From a bacterium (GTDB taxonomy: Bacteria > Bacillota_I > Bacilli_A > Izemoplasmatales > UBA1188): 64,000 nt of DNA. The stretch lies in contig JAGCYY010000009.1 of the NCBI GenBank assembly GCA_017960565.1, positions 70,874-134,873 of the forward strand. Reading direction: 5' to 3'. The notes under the pieces were generated by a model. That model was not told where the DNA came from. It did not search any database and saw nothing but the letters and a program-made list of their open reading frames with translations. Position numbers and translations under genes: made by a program. This document shows positions 10,623 to 19,662 of this stretch, piece by piece (positions within the stretch are counted from its first letter, which is position 1; the number at the start of each line of letters is the position of its first letter).

Positions 10623-11237
10623 TTACCTCAATAATTCATAGTATAGTTTTTTAGATTTTAAGACTATACCGCCTTCTCTTTCAAAATATTTATTAAAGAA
10701 CTCTCTAAGTTCTATTTCGTTTATAATTTTATTTCCTTTCATTATGCTTTCAAGTGATTCAATTAAGTTATTAGATACATTATAATTTTCCAATATATAC
10801 TCTTTTTTTGGTGATAATCCTATATAACTTAAAAGAATAAGTTCAAATCTAAAAAGCGATAATTCTAAGTCATATGTTTCTATTTCTAGTTCTTCTAGTG
10901 AACTTTTTAATAAATTATATAATTTAAAGTGATCTATTGTAGTATCTTTTAATGTTAAGACATATTCAAGCATGACATTCGCGATAGATAATTTAAATAG
11001 ATCTGATTTGATATTTTTATAGTCGTTAGTGACAATTCCTTCTGTGAGTCTTTGGTATTTACCATTTGATTTAACATAGTTAATTTCCGTAAGAATTTCT
11101 GATATTGCAAGTTTATTACTGTTTTTCTTTTTTGCACCATTAATAAATAATGTATCGAAGCCTTCTTCAGTAATAATTGTGACAATATAAGAAGTTTCTT
11201 TGTAATCTACTTTTCTTAGTACAATACCTTCACTCAT
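10623..11237 (-). CDS. recO: DNA repair protein RecO (short form, no Cys zinc finger)
   Basis: N-terminal OB-fold pattern GIVLRKVDYKETSYIVTIITEEG and the conserved era-recO-glyQS order. Only 204 aa and no Cys residues. Confidence 0.65.
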   Translation of the reverse strand: MSEGIVLRKVDYKETSYIVTIITEEGFDTLFINGAKKKNSNKLAISEILTEINYVKSNGKYQRLTEGIVTNDYKNIKSDLFKLSIANVMLEYVLTLKDTTIDHFKLYNLLKSSLEELEIETYDLELSLFRFELILLSYIGLSPKKEYILENYNVSNNLIESLESIMKGNKIINEIELREFFNKYFEREGGIVLKSKKLYYELLR

Positions 11238-12126
11238 TATTATCTTCCTTTAATAGTCCATAATCTTTTAGGAGGAATTCTTTATCTCGCCAACCTTCTT
11301 TAACTTTTACAAATAATTCTAAATAAACTTTAGTAGAAAGAAGATTTTCAATATCTCGTCTTGCCTCTATTCCAATCTCTTTTATCATATTTCCACCTTT
11401 ACCGACAATGATTGGTTTTTGAGATTTTTTGTCGCAGATGATAGATGCGATTATTCTTGTGAGATTTCCTTCTTCTTTATATTCATCGATTACGCAAGTG
11501 ATAGAATGAGGAATTTCTTCATGAGTTAAATTGATTGCCTTTTCACGGATATATTCACTAACAATGAATTTCACAGGTCTATCAGTGAATAAATCTTTAT
11601 CATAAATAGGATCACCATCGTTAAGATATTTTTTAATATCAGTGATTATTTCTTTGATATTTTGATTATTAAGAGCGCTTATTGCGACTCTTTCTTTAAA
11701 ATCAAAAGATTGTTTAAAGGCATCTAGTCTTTCAAAGAATTCGTTTTCATCTTCAATTAAGTCTATTTTATTTACAACTAAAAATGCAGGAGTTTCTGAT
11801 TGTTTAATTGCCTCTATAATCTTTAAATCGGTATCGTTTATTCTATCATATGAATTTATGAAATATAAAATGAGGTCAGAATACATAAGACTCCGTCTTG
11901 CTTCTTTCATCATTTCAATATTCATTTTATTTAATGTTCTATAGATTCCTGGAGTATCATAAAATACAATTTGGGAATCTTGATCATTATATATTCCAGC
12001 AATCATATTTCTTGTAGTTTGAACTTTAGATGAAGTAATCGAAAGTTTTAAACCAAGAACTTGATTTATAAAGGTAGATTTGCCTACATTTGATTTTCCA
12101 ATGAGAGCAACGCTACCAAATTTCAT
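11230..12126 (-). CDS. era: GTPase Era
   Basis: G1 GKSNVGKST, G3 DTPG, G4 NKID, and a C-terminal KH domain (IIVGKGGNMIKEIG). Confidence 0.95.
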   Translation of the reverse strand: MKFGSVALIGKSNVGKSTFINQVLGLKLSITSSKVQTTRNMIAGIYNDQDSQIVFYDTPGIYRTLNKMNIEMMKEARRSLMYSDLILYFINSYDRINDTDLKIIEAIKQSETPAFLVVNKIDLIEDENEFFERLDAFKQSFDFKERVAISALNNQNIKEIITDIKKYLNDGDPIYDKDLFTDRPVKFIVSEYIREKAINLTHEEIPHSITCVIDEYKEEGNLTRIIASIICDKKSQKPIIVGKGGNMIKEIGIEARRDIENLLSTKVYLELFVKVKEGWRDKEFLLKDYGLLKEDNNE

Positions 12127-12524
12127 TAGAGATGCTCCTTGGTAAAAGACATTGGAATCAAGTCTTTTACTTTATATGTTTCTGGTCTTTCTTTATCATT
12201 TACTATAGTAACATCTTTATCAAGGCCAAATAATTCAACCATAACTTGTCTACAAGATCCACAAGGATATGGCATAGAATCAGATCTATTTGTATAAATA
12301 AGCATAGAAACTAAATCATCTTTTTTATATCCACTGGCGTAGCATCTAAATAGAGCACATCTTTCAGCGCAGATAGTTAATGAATATGCCGCATTTTCAA
12401 TATTGATTCCAGTGATTATATTCCCACTTTTTAATAATATTGCACAACTTACTTTGTAAGATGAATATGGTGAATATGATAATTCACTAGCTTTTTTTGC
12501 AGCTTCTAACATTCTTTCATACAT
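12126..12524 (-). CDS. cdd: Cytidine deaminase
   Basis: Zinc-binding CAERCALF and PCGSCRQV motifs. 132 aa. Confidence 0.93.
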   Translation of the reverse strand: MYERMLEAAKKASELSYSPYSSYKVSCAILLKSGNIITGINIENAAYSLTICAERCALFRCYASGYKKDDLVSMLIYTNRSDSMPYPCGSCRQVMVELFGLDKDVTIVNDKERPETYKVKDLIPMSFTKEHL

Positions 12525-12528
12525 AAAT

Positions 12529-12951
12529 CTACCTCCTTAGGTCTATTGATTCTAAGATAATGTTTTGCAGAGAAAACATTTCTTTCTCTTCTGCTTCATT
12601 CATATGATCATATCCGAGACAGTGAAGCATTCCATGACAAGCAAGAAAACCAAGTTCACGACTTTCGCTGTGTCCATATTCTTTTGCTTGAGATATGACT
12701 TTGTCATAAGATATGAGAATATCTCCAAGTTCATTTTTTTCATCGCTTGGAAAGGTTAAAACATCTGTAGGGTTATCAACATTACGATATTTTTTATTGT
12801 AAGAGTGAATAGTGTCATTGTTTGTGATGACAATATTCACAAGTTTATACTTGTGGATTTTTTCGTGTTTGGAGATTTTAGTGGCAATTTTTCCAAGAAG
12901 TTCAGTATAGTCTTCACTGTTGTATTCATTGATAATATTTATTTTAATCAT
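12529..12951 (-). CDS. ybeY: Endoribonuclease YbeY (rRNA maturation factor)
   Basis: HGMLHCLGYDH metal-binding motif. ATG at 12951 (MIKINIINEY) is preferred over the ORF-track start 12981, which lies inside phoH. Confidence 0.9.
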   Translation of the reverse strand: MIKINIINEYNSEDYTELLGKIATKISKHEKIHKYKLVNIVITNNDTIHSYNKKYRNVDNPTDVLTFPSDEKNELGDILISYDKVISQAKEYGHSESRELGFLACHGMLHCLGYDHMNEAEEKEMFSLQNIILESIDLRR

Positions 12952-13897
12952 CACTAAGCCTCTCAATAATTCTTTGTACAAGAGGGTTTCTTACAACGTC
13001 GTTATTGTTAAATTCCATAATTTTAATTCCTGGAATATTGGAAAGTCTATCGATTGCAAATTTTAGTCCTGAATCTTTAGAATTTAGAAGATCGACTTGT
13101 GTTAAGTCACCAGTTATGACCATTTTAGCGTTGAAACCAAGTCTAGTTAAAAAGAGTTTAATCTGTTTTCTAGTAGTATTTTGTGCTTCATCTAAAATGA
13201 CATAAGCATTTTCTAAAGTTCTACCTCTCATGTATGCAAGAGGTGCAATCTCTATTATTCCATTTTCAATTAAATCTTCTACTGTTCTTTTTCCTAGTAG
13301 TTCATAAAGAGAATCATATAAAGGTGTAAGATAAGGATCTACTTTTTCTTTTATTTCGCCTGGAAGATATCCGAGTGATTCACCAGCTTCTACGATTGGA
13401 CGAGATAGAATGATTTTAGAATATTGACCAGATTTAAATCTCTTAACTGCATCTAATACTGCAATATATGTTTTGCCGACACCGGCTGGGCCATAAGATA
13501 AGATTATATTGTTTTTATTTAGAGCTTTTAGATATTCAACTTGAGATAAAGTTTTTGGAAATAGTGGTTTACCAGCGAAATTCTTGATTATTTCATGCCT
13601 GTTGAGATAAAAATCTAAAATTTCTGAAATAGTCATATTATCGATGATAGATGCGATATATACTACATCTCTTTCTCTTATCGAAATTTTAGATGCAGAA
13701 AGCGAATATAAACAAACAAAAATATCTTCAATTTTCTTAACTAATTTATCATCAGATGTATCGACATGAACTTCTTTCATTGTCACAATAATATTAGTCT
13801 GAAAATAATAAATTAGAGCATTTAGGTTTTTATCGTATTCACCTAAGATATTCTGAAGATGATTGTTGTCAATTATATTATGATTAAATTTGATCAT
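12944..13897 (-). CDS. phoH: PhoH family ATPase (PhoH/YbeZ)
   Basis: Walker A GPAGVGKTY and Walker B region VILDEAQN. Conserved phoH-ybeY order. Confidence 0.9.
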   Translation of the reverse strand: MIKFNHNIIDNNHLQNILGEYDKNLNALIYYFQTNIIVTMKEVHVDTSDDKLVKKIEDIFVCLYSLSASKISIRERDVVYIASIIDNMTISEILDFYLNRHEIIKNFAGKPLFPKTLSQVEYLKALNKNNIILSYGPAGVGKTYIAVLDAVKRFKSGQYSKIILSRPIVEAGESLGYLPGEIKEKVDPYLTPLYDSLYELLGKRTVEDLIENGIIEIAPLAYMRGRTLENAYVILDEAQNTTRKQIKLFLTRLGFNAKMVITGDLTQVDLLNSKDSGLKFAIDRLSNIPGIKIMEFNNNDVVRNPLVQRIIERLSDD

Positions 13898-14020
13898 AGA
13901 ACCTCTCTTTAATAATTAATTATAACATTTTTTTATTTAAAAAGAATAGTAAACTATCTTTTTATAAATAAAATACTAAAAATTTTTATGATTTGTCTTA
14001 TTTTTGGGTTTAAATGAAAT

Positions 14021-14045
14021 AAAAAATGGCCGAAGCCATTTTTTA
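14021..14045 (-). terminator. Rho-independent terminator after rpsU
   Basis: aaaaaatggc/cgaa/gccatttttt: stem atggc/gccat with a tetraloop and a T-run on the minus strand. Confidence 0.8.
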
Positions 14046-14055
14046 TTAATAATTA

Positions 14056-14235
14056 CTAACGAGAGAATTTTCTCTTTCTATTTTCTTTAATTTTTTCTTT
14101 ACGTGCTACACTTGGTTTGAGGTAGAATTCTCTTCTACGTGCTTCTTGTAAAGTACCAGCTCTAGATACATCTCTTTTAAAACGACGAAGAGCGTCATCT
14201 AGTGATTCATTTTCACGAACGATAGTTTTTGCCAT
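14056..14235 (-). CDS. rpsU: 30S ribosomal protein S21
   Basis: Missed by the ORF track (59 aa). Translation: [71 protein letters not shown] upstream. Confidence 0.95.
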   Translation of the reverse strand: MAKTIVRENESLDDALRRFKRDVSRAGTLQEARRREFYLKPSVARKEKIKENRKRKFSR

Positions 14236-14407
14236 TTTCTCACCTCTTTTCAGTTTAACACCTTATCCATTATATACAATACTATTACAATTGTCAAAGA
14301 AAAAATAATCAAAAAATATAATATTCGAATTTATTTCAAAAAAATAGTTTTATGTGTTTATAAATATACAATTTTTTGGTAAAATAATATCCATAGAGGA
14401 ATGGAAA

Positions 14408-15028
14408 ATGAAATACAGATTTTTGTTTGAAGCTGACTGGAAAGTTATAATAATTATACTGGGCATAGTTGTTGGATTACTTGTAGTAATTTATTTTATG
14501 CTTAGTCATCATAGATTCAAAAAAGGCGCTAGAAAATTCGGCAATGAATTATCAGTAAAACACTCGATTGCGAGTAACAATGTTCAAAAAATGATGAATG
14601 AAATTAAAAAATCAAGAAACTATAATGGAACATATAATTCTCTTTCAGGTAAAGCAAAATCTAGATGTAAAAAATATTTCTATTCATTTATGGAAGATAT
14701 TCCACTATTCATTACTATTCTTTATAAAGTTAAAAGTGAAAGACCAGGTCATATTCATCTTGGGGCAACTGATTCATACGATTCAAGCACATATTCAAGC
14801 CAATGGTTATTGAATACTAATAAAAGCAAGAACAATAACTACAATAGATTAGTTAAATTCATCAACAAAAATAAAGCTTGTTTTGGAGTATTCGAAACCT
14901 TAACAAATATTTTCGATTTTGAAAAAGAGAATGAAAAAACTAGAACTAAAGACATTGAAACATTTCCATTCGCAAAAGAAAATGATGTATATATAAAATA
15001 TGTGCCTTCAAAGAAAAAAACCATATAA
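14408..15028 (+). CDS. Hypothetical membrane-anchored protein (one N-terminal TM)
   Basis: ATG at 14408 is preceded by GAGGA. TM segment VIIIILGIVVGLLVVIYFML. No recognisable family. The ORF-track GTG start at 14354 lacks an RBS. Confidence 0.55.
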   Translation: MKYRFLFEADWKVIIIILGIVVGLLVVIYFMLSHHRFKKGARKFGNELSVKHSIASNNVQKMMNEIKKSRNYNGTYNSLSGKAKSRCKKYFYSFMEDIPLFITILYKVKSERPGHIHLGATDSYDSSTYSSQWLLNTNKSKNNNYNRLVKFINKNKACFGVFETLTNIFDFEKENEKTRTKDIETFPFAKENDVYIKYVPSKKKTI

Positions 15029-15039
15029 TATGGTTTTTT
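15014..15039. terminator. Bidirectional terminator between convergent hypothetical genes
   Basis: aaaaaaaccatat/aa/tatggtttttt: palindromic hairpin containing the TAA stop of the + gene, flanked by A- and T-runs. Confidence 0.75.
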
Positions 15040-15053
15040 ATTTTTACATTAAT

Positions 15054-15917
15054 TTATATAGATTTTAGTATATTTTCTATCGTTCTTCTTAGTTCTTCTT
15101 TTGAATTTTCTAAATTACTATAAAGAAGAATTTGTCCATCTTTATCCAAAAGATAATATTGATATTTATTATTGAATCCTTTGATATATACAAAGGATTT
15201 TTTTATTATTGCATCATATATTTTTTTGTCTAAGATTTTAGATTCTTTTTTTGTCTCTACTGGTTCAGATAAAAATAAATAGTTGTTGGTTGAATCAGCG
15301 AGTGAAACATAATATAAATCATCTATTTTTATGGTTCTTAGATTATTCACATTCATGTTTAAAATATTCTTACGAATAGTTGGAACTATGTTTGTTTCTA
15401 CGTTTTCAATAGAATCTATCTTGTAGATAACATTATTCTCTTTAAGTCTTTTTAGAAGGTTTTTAATTTTATACGCAAGATCATCTAATTCTTTTTTATT
15501 ATGTTTAAATGAAGTTCTTGCGATATTTATTCCACCTAAACTATAAGCTGAATAATAATATCCTTCTTTATTTTTAATGATTTTATATTCATCATTTAAA
15601 ATAGAACGTTTTGCATTTTCGATTAAGTTATCGAGGTTCACAAGCGATCTTGTGATTTCACTTACAAGGACTGGTTCATAATTATTAGAAAACAATATAA
15701 AATAATAATCTTGAATATTAGACCTGATTTTTGCAAACGTATTTGGCTTTATATTTAAAGATTTATTCTCTTTAAAAGGTGAAAATGATGAAGTTGTATT
15801 CTTTTTTTCTTTTTTAAAAATAGTTAATAATACTAATATCAAAATAATTATTACTGTCACAATTGTGATTATTAGCACATAATTGTCTTTTAAAAAATCT
15901 AAGATGGTATAAAACAT
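15054..15917 (-). CDS. Hypothetical membrane-anchored protein with four internal YegP/DUF1508-like repeats (tentative)
   Basis: N-terminal TM (LIITIVTVIIILILVLLTIF). Four ~40-aa units begin DYYFILFS, GYYYSAYS, DLYYVSLA and KYQYYLLD, each followed by a hydrophobic beta-like stretch, then S/T and a helix. Its start lies 1 nt after the stop of the upstream gene. Confidence 0.5.
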   Translation of the reverse strand: MFYTILDFLKDNYVLIITIVTVIIILILVLLTIFKKEKKNTTSSFSPFKENKSLNIKPNTFAKIRSNIQDYYFILFSNNYEPVLVSEITRSLVNLDNLIENAKRSILNDEYKIIKNKEGYYYSAYSLGGINIARTSFKHNKKELDDLAYKIKNLLKRLKENNVIYKIDSIENVETNIVPTIRKNILNMNVNNLRTIKIDDLYYVSLADSTNNYLFLSEPVETKKESKILDKKIYDAIIKKSFVYIKGFNNKYQYYLLDKDGQILLYSNLENSKEELRRTIENILKSI

Positions 15918-15918
15918 A

Positions 15919-17433
15919 TTAATCCTCTATTTCTATTATAGGATTAGAACCGCTATCTTTTAAAACTTTTTCCGCAGCTGCCGAGAAAGCTTGGGCTTTT
16001 ATAGTAACTTTTTTATTAAAATTACCACCTCTATAGATTACTTTATAATATTTAATCTTTTCTTCTAATAAGCCTTTTTCTTTTAGATAGTTGATATCGA
16101 TGATTTTTTTGTCAGAAATAATATCATTTATTTCATCTAAAAATACAATATCTCTTTCACCTTCAAGTGCAACTTTAACAGTTTCAAATGTTTCAATAAA
16201 ATTATTATCATCATCTATTGAGATTGTGAGGATCTTATCTTCTTTATATACTGGGAATTTTTTATTGATTTTAGCATTTTCATATTCTTCTTTGATACGT
16301 TTTAATTCTTCTTCAGAATAATCATCAACTTTAGCATATGTTTTTATTTGACCAGCTTCAAGAAGCGATTCGTTGTCATATAATTCACTTGCGTAATCGA
16401 TTTCATCTTTGATGAAACCTTCTTCAAGAAGGAATCTCTTTTTTAAATCTTCAATTAGATTTAAGGCAATATCTAATCTATCATAATTCTTGATTCTAAT
16501 CATTAAAGGTGTATCTTCAAATAATTCATATTTAGATACATCTTCAGATTTTACTTTTGATAATTTATATTTAGAGGTATCAAGTGCAAGATATAATACT
16601 AAATATTTTCCTCGAATTTGCATTTTTGCAAGTTTAATTTTGCCAATTGAATATGCTTCATATTTCCAACTAAATCTCGATTTTACTTTAGTAAATGATA
16701 AGAGACGATTCTTTAGTTTAGAATATATTGATTTAATTAAATCATCGGATTCTACAAGTTTTGCATAAAAACTTTTTCTAGTTTTTATGAAAACCTTGCT
16801 GGAATTCACAAAAATAACTGGATTTTTATATGTTCCATTTGCAGTTTCAATTGATTCTATTTCAGTTTCGTTTTCTCTATAAGATGATATCTCATAATCA
16901 TTTTTGATTAAGATATCGCCAAGATCCATTGTAAGCTGTTCTTCTTTGGTACGTGGTTTTTCAGGCTCAAGTTTTATAAGACCTCTTCTTGCTAATTCGA
17001 TTTCATCTTCATAAGGAAGATAATAATCGATTTTTGGAAGTCTCTTTTTTGCTTTTAAATTAAAGTTTTTGATTTCATCATCGATTAATCTAAAAGCGTA
17101 TTTAATTGTACGATTAGATTTTACATGAATTTTAAATCTTGTTTCTTTATATCTTCTTCTATCAGTTACATTTTCTTGATGATAAATATTTTGTGGGTAA
17201 TCTTCTATATTTAGATTTAAATATAAAGCAACATATTTGCCTCTTACAGATAATTTTGCAAAATTGATTCTTCCAACATTAAATGCATCATAGAACCAAC
17301 TTATTCTTGATTTCATGCCAAAAATAGACATTAATTTATTCTTTAATGTATTGTATACATATTTCACTCTGTCATCTGATAGAATATATTTAGCTAAAAA
17401 AGATTTTCTATATGTAATTGGAACATTTTTCAT
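15919..17433 (-). CDS. Hypothetical protein: two ~117-aa internal repeats plus a ribosomal uL15-like C-terminal domain
   Basis: Repeat 1 (aa 9-125) begins RKSFLAKYILSDD..KSRISWFYDAF..AKLSVRGKYVALYLNL. Repeat 2 (aa 219-335) begins RKSFYAKLVESDD..KSRFSWKYEAY..AKMQIRGKYLVLYLAL. The C-terminal YKVIYRGGNFNKKVTIKAQAFSAAAEKVLKDSGSNPIIE parallels the bacterial L15 C-terminus ([33 protein letters not shown]). Confidence 0.6.
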   Translation of the reverse strand: MKNVPITYRKSFLAKYILSDDRVKYVYNTLKNKLMSIFGMKSRISWFYDAFNVGRINFAKLSVRGKYVALYLNLNIEDYPQNIYHQENVTDRRRYKETRFKIHVKSNRTIKYAFRLIDDEIKNFNLKAKKRLPKIDYYLPYEDEIELARRGLIKLEPEKPRTKEEQLTMDLGDILIKNDYEISSYRENETEIESIETANGTYKNPVIFVNSSKVFIKTRKSFYAKLVESDDLIKSIYSKLKNRLLSFTKVKSRFSWKYEAYSIGKIKLAKMQIRGKYLVLYLALDTSKYKLSKVKSEDVSKYELFEDTPLMIRIKNYDRLDIALNLIEDLKKRFLLEEGFIKDEIDYASELYDNESLLEAGQIKTYAKVDDYSEEELKRIKEEYENAKINKKFPVYKEDKILTISIDDDNNFIETFETVKVALEGERDIVFLDEINDIISDKKIIDINYLKEKGLLEEKIKYYKVIYRGGNFNKKVTIKAQAFSAAAEKVLKDSGSNPIIEIED

Positions 17434-17520
17434 ACGATTACCTCTTGTTTAAAATTATATAACATTTTTATAAAAAAATATATAAAAAAGTAATAAACGT
17501 ATGCATTATTTTTATCTCTT

Positions 17521-17554
17521 TATAAAAAAGTAAATAAGCGCTTACTTATTTACT
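17521..17554 (-). terminator. Rho-independent terminator after mtaB
   Basis: 10-bp stem agtaaataag (17529-17538) / cttatttact (17545-17554), loop cgctta, then a T-run on the minus strand. Confidence 0.65.
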
Positions 17555-17559
17555 CTCTG

Positions 17560-18858
17560 TTATAATATTTCTGATAGAACTGCATCAGTTTCATTTTTTA
17601 TTAATCTTATTTTCACAAGTTTATTTAGCATTGTAAAATCAGATTTAGCTTTTACATAAATGTAATTGCCAGTATGGCCATATATATAGCCATTCTCATA
17701 TGTTTCAAATATAGAATCTTGGATGGTATTAATGTTTTCTTCTATATATCTATTTTTACCATCATTTGAAATTGAAATGATTATATTGTTTCTTTCTTTT
17801 TTAATAGATTTTTCAATTTGTGGTAATAATGCAGCTTTTGTACCTTTTCTTAATGAATAAGGGAAAGCATGAATCGTTTGAAAATCTAATATCTTAAGTG
17901 TTTCAATCGATTCATTAAAATCTTCTATTGTTTCGGTTGGAAAACCAACAATAAAATCAGTGGTAATTGAAACATTTGGAATCTTATTTCGTATTTCTTT
18001 CACTTTTTCTATAAAGAATTCTTTATTATAATGTCTATTCATTAATTTAAGAATTCTATTTGAACCAGATTGAAGCGGTATATGAATGTGATGAACAATC
18101 TTTTTAGAGTCCTTAATTAAATCTATTATTTCATTTGATAATTCAGTTATTTCAAGCGATGAAATTCTGATTCTTTCAAGGCCATGAATATTTTCAAGTT
18201 CTTTTAATAATTCATAGAAATTAGTGCCAATATCTTTGCCATATGATCCTGTGTCTATACCTGTGACAACTATTTCTTTATGTCGATTTAAAACCAACGT
18301 TTTGGCTTCTTCTATAGCATCTTTAAAAGGCTTTGATACACTGTTTCCTCTTGCATATGGAATAATGCAATATGAACAGAAATTAGTACAACCATCTTGA
18401 ATTTTTAAAAAAGCTCTTGTCCTTGATTCGAACTTATCTATTTGTAAATTATCGAAACAAGAATGGAATATATCACTATTTACATAATTAAGTTGTTTAT
18501 TATTATCATTATAGAAATTTATTAAAGCATCATAAATCGCAGCTTTATTTTTACTACCAAAAATGATATTAACACCTGGGATATTCTTGATACTATCATC
18601 AATTTGCGATAGACAGCCACAAACTATAGTTACATTTTGAGTTAGTTTTATTGATCTTCTAATTATCTGTCTAGATTTTCTTGAAGCTTCTTCTGTGACT
18701 GCACAAGTGTTAATTATAGTAATATCGCTTTTCTCTTTTTCGTTAACACGAAATAAGCCTTTTGATTCTAAAAGACTCGCTATAGCTTCACATTCATAAT
18801 AATTTACTTTGCAACCTAAACTTACAACTTTAAAGGTTGAGTTTGCTAATTCTTTCAT
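17560..18858 (-). CDS. mtaB: tRNA t6A37 methylthiotransferase MtaB (radical SAM, MiaB family)
   Basis: N-terminal VVSLGCKVNYYECEAI, radical-SAM CTNFCSYCIIPYARG, 432 aa. Adjacent to rsmE, as with Bacillus yqeU/yqeV. Confidence 0.8.
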   Translation of the reverse strand: MKELANSTFKVVSLGCKVNYYECEAIASLLESKGLFRVNEKEKSDITIINTCAVTEEASRKSRQIIRRSIKLTQNVTIVCGCLSQIDDSIKNIPGVNIIFGSKNKAAIYDALINFYNDNNKQLNYVNSDIFHSCFDNLQIDKFESRTRAFLKIQDGCTNFCSYCIIPYARGNSVSKPFKDAIEEAKTLVLNRHKEIVVTGIDTGSYGKDIGTNFYELLKELENIHGLERIRISSLEITELSNEIIDLIKDSKKIVHHIHIPLQSGSNRILKLMNRHYNKEFFIEKVKEIRNKIPNVSITTDFIVGFPTETIEDFNESIETLKILDFQTIHAFPYSLRKGTKAALLPQIEKSIKKERNNIIISISNDGKNRYIEENINTIQDSIFETYENGYIYGHTGNYIYVKAKSDFTMLNKLVKIRLIKNETDAVLSEIL

Positions 18859-18925
18859 CGCATTTCATTATAACATATTTCAAAAAAATATATAAAATAT
18901 GATAATATAATTTTGAGGTGTCAAT

Positions 18926-19648
18926 ATGCAACAATACTTTATAGAAGAAATTGATGGTAAATTTCGATTAAAACAAGAAGATTTTTATCATCTTACAACT
19001 GTCCTTCGTGCAACTAATAAAACAATCATTTGTATTAATAATAAAGATGCATATTTATGCAATTTTAAATATGATGGAAAAGATTATAATATTGAAATAT
19101 TAGAAAAACAAAATAGAGATAATGAACTCAAAGTCAGAATTGAATTATATCAAGCTTTAATTAAAAATGATAATTTTGATCTAGTCCTACAAAAAGCTAC
19201 TGAACTTGGAGCTAGTGCTATTTCACCAACAATATTTTCGAGAAATGTTGTGAAGATTGAAAAATCAAAAGAATATAATAAACTAATTAGATATGAAGCA
19301 ATCGTAAAAAATGCTTCTGAACAATCTCATAGAAACATTGTGCCAGAAATAATGACTATCACAAATGTTAAAGATATAAAAATTAATAATGATGATGAAA
19401 TTGGAATAGTCTGCTACGAAAAATGTGATGATACTAAAAGCATTTTGAGTATCAAAAATAAAATAAAAGATGCTAAAACAATAAAAGTTGTAATTGGACC
19501 AGAAGGTGGCATTACAACTGAGGAACATCATATTTTACTAAAAAATGGATTTTATAGTGTTTCACTTGGTAAAAGAATACTCAGAAGTGAAACTGCCGCA
19601 ATGAATATATTATCTATCTTAGAATATATAATAGAAATAGAGGGTTAA
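18926..19648 (+). CDS. rsmE: 16S rRNA (uracil1498-N3)-methyltransferase RsmE
   Basis: PUA-like N-terminus (MQQYFIEE..), VIGPEGGITTEE and SLGKRILRSETAA motifs. Confidence 0.9.
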   Translation: MQQYFIEEIDGKFRLKQEDFYHLTTVLRATNKTIICINNKDAYLCNFKYDGKDYNIEILEKQNRDNELKVRIELYQALIKNDNFDLVLQKATELGASAISPTIFSRNVVKIEKSKEYNKLIRYEAIVKNASEQSHRNIVPEIMTITNVKDIKINNDDEIGIVCYEKCDDTKSILSIKNKIKDAKTIKVVIGPEGGITTEEHHILLKNGFYSVSLGKRILRSETAAMNILSILEYIIEIEG

Positions 19649-19662
19649 TTATCCCTCTATTT
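19635..19662. terminator. Bidirectional hairpin built from the last codons and stops of two convergent genes
   Basis: aaatagaggg (19635-19644) / ttaattat / ccctctattt (19653-19662): perfect 10-bp stem. The loop holds TAA (rsmE) and TTA (complement of the NUDIX TAA). Confidence 0.7.
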
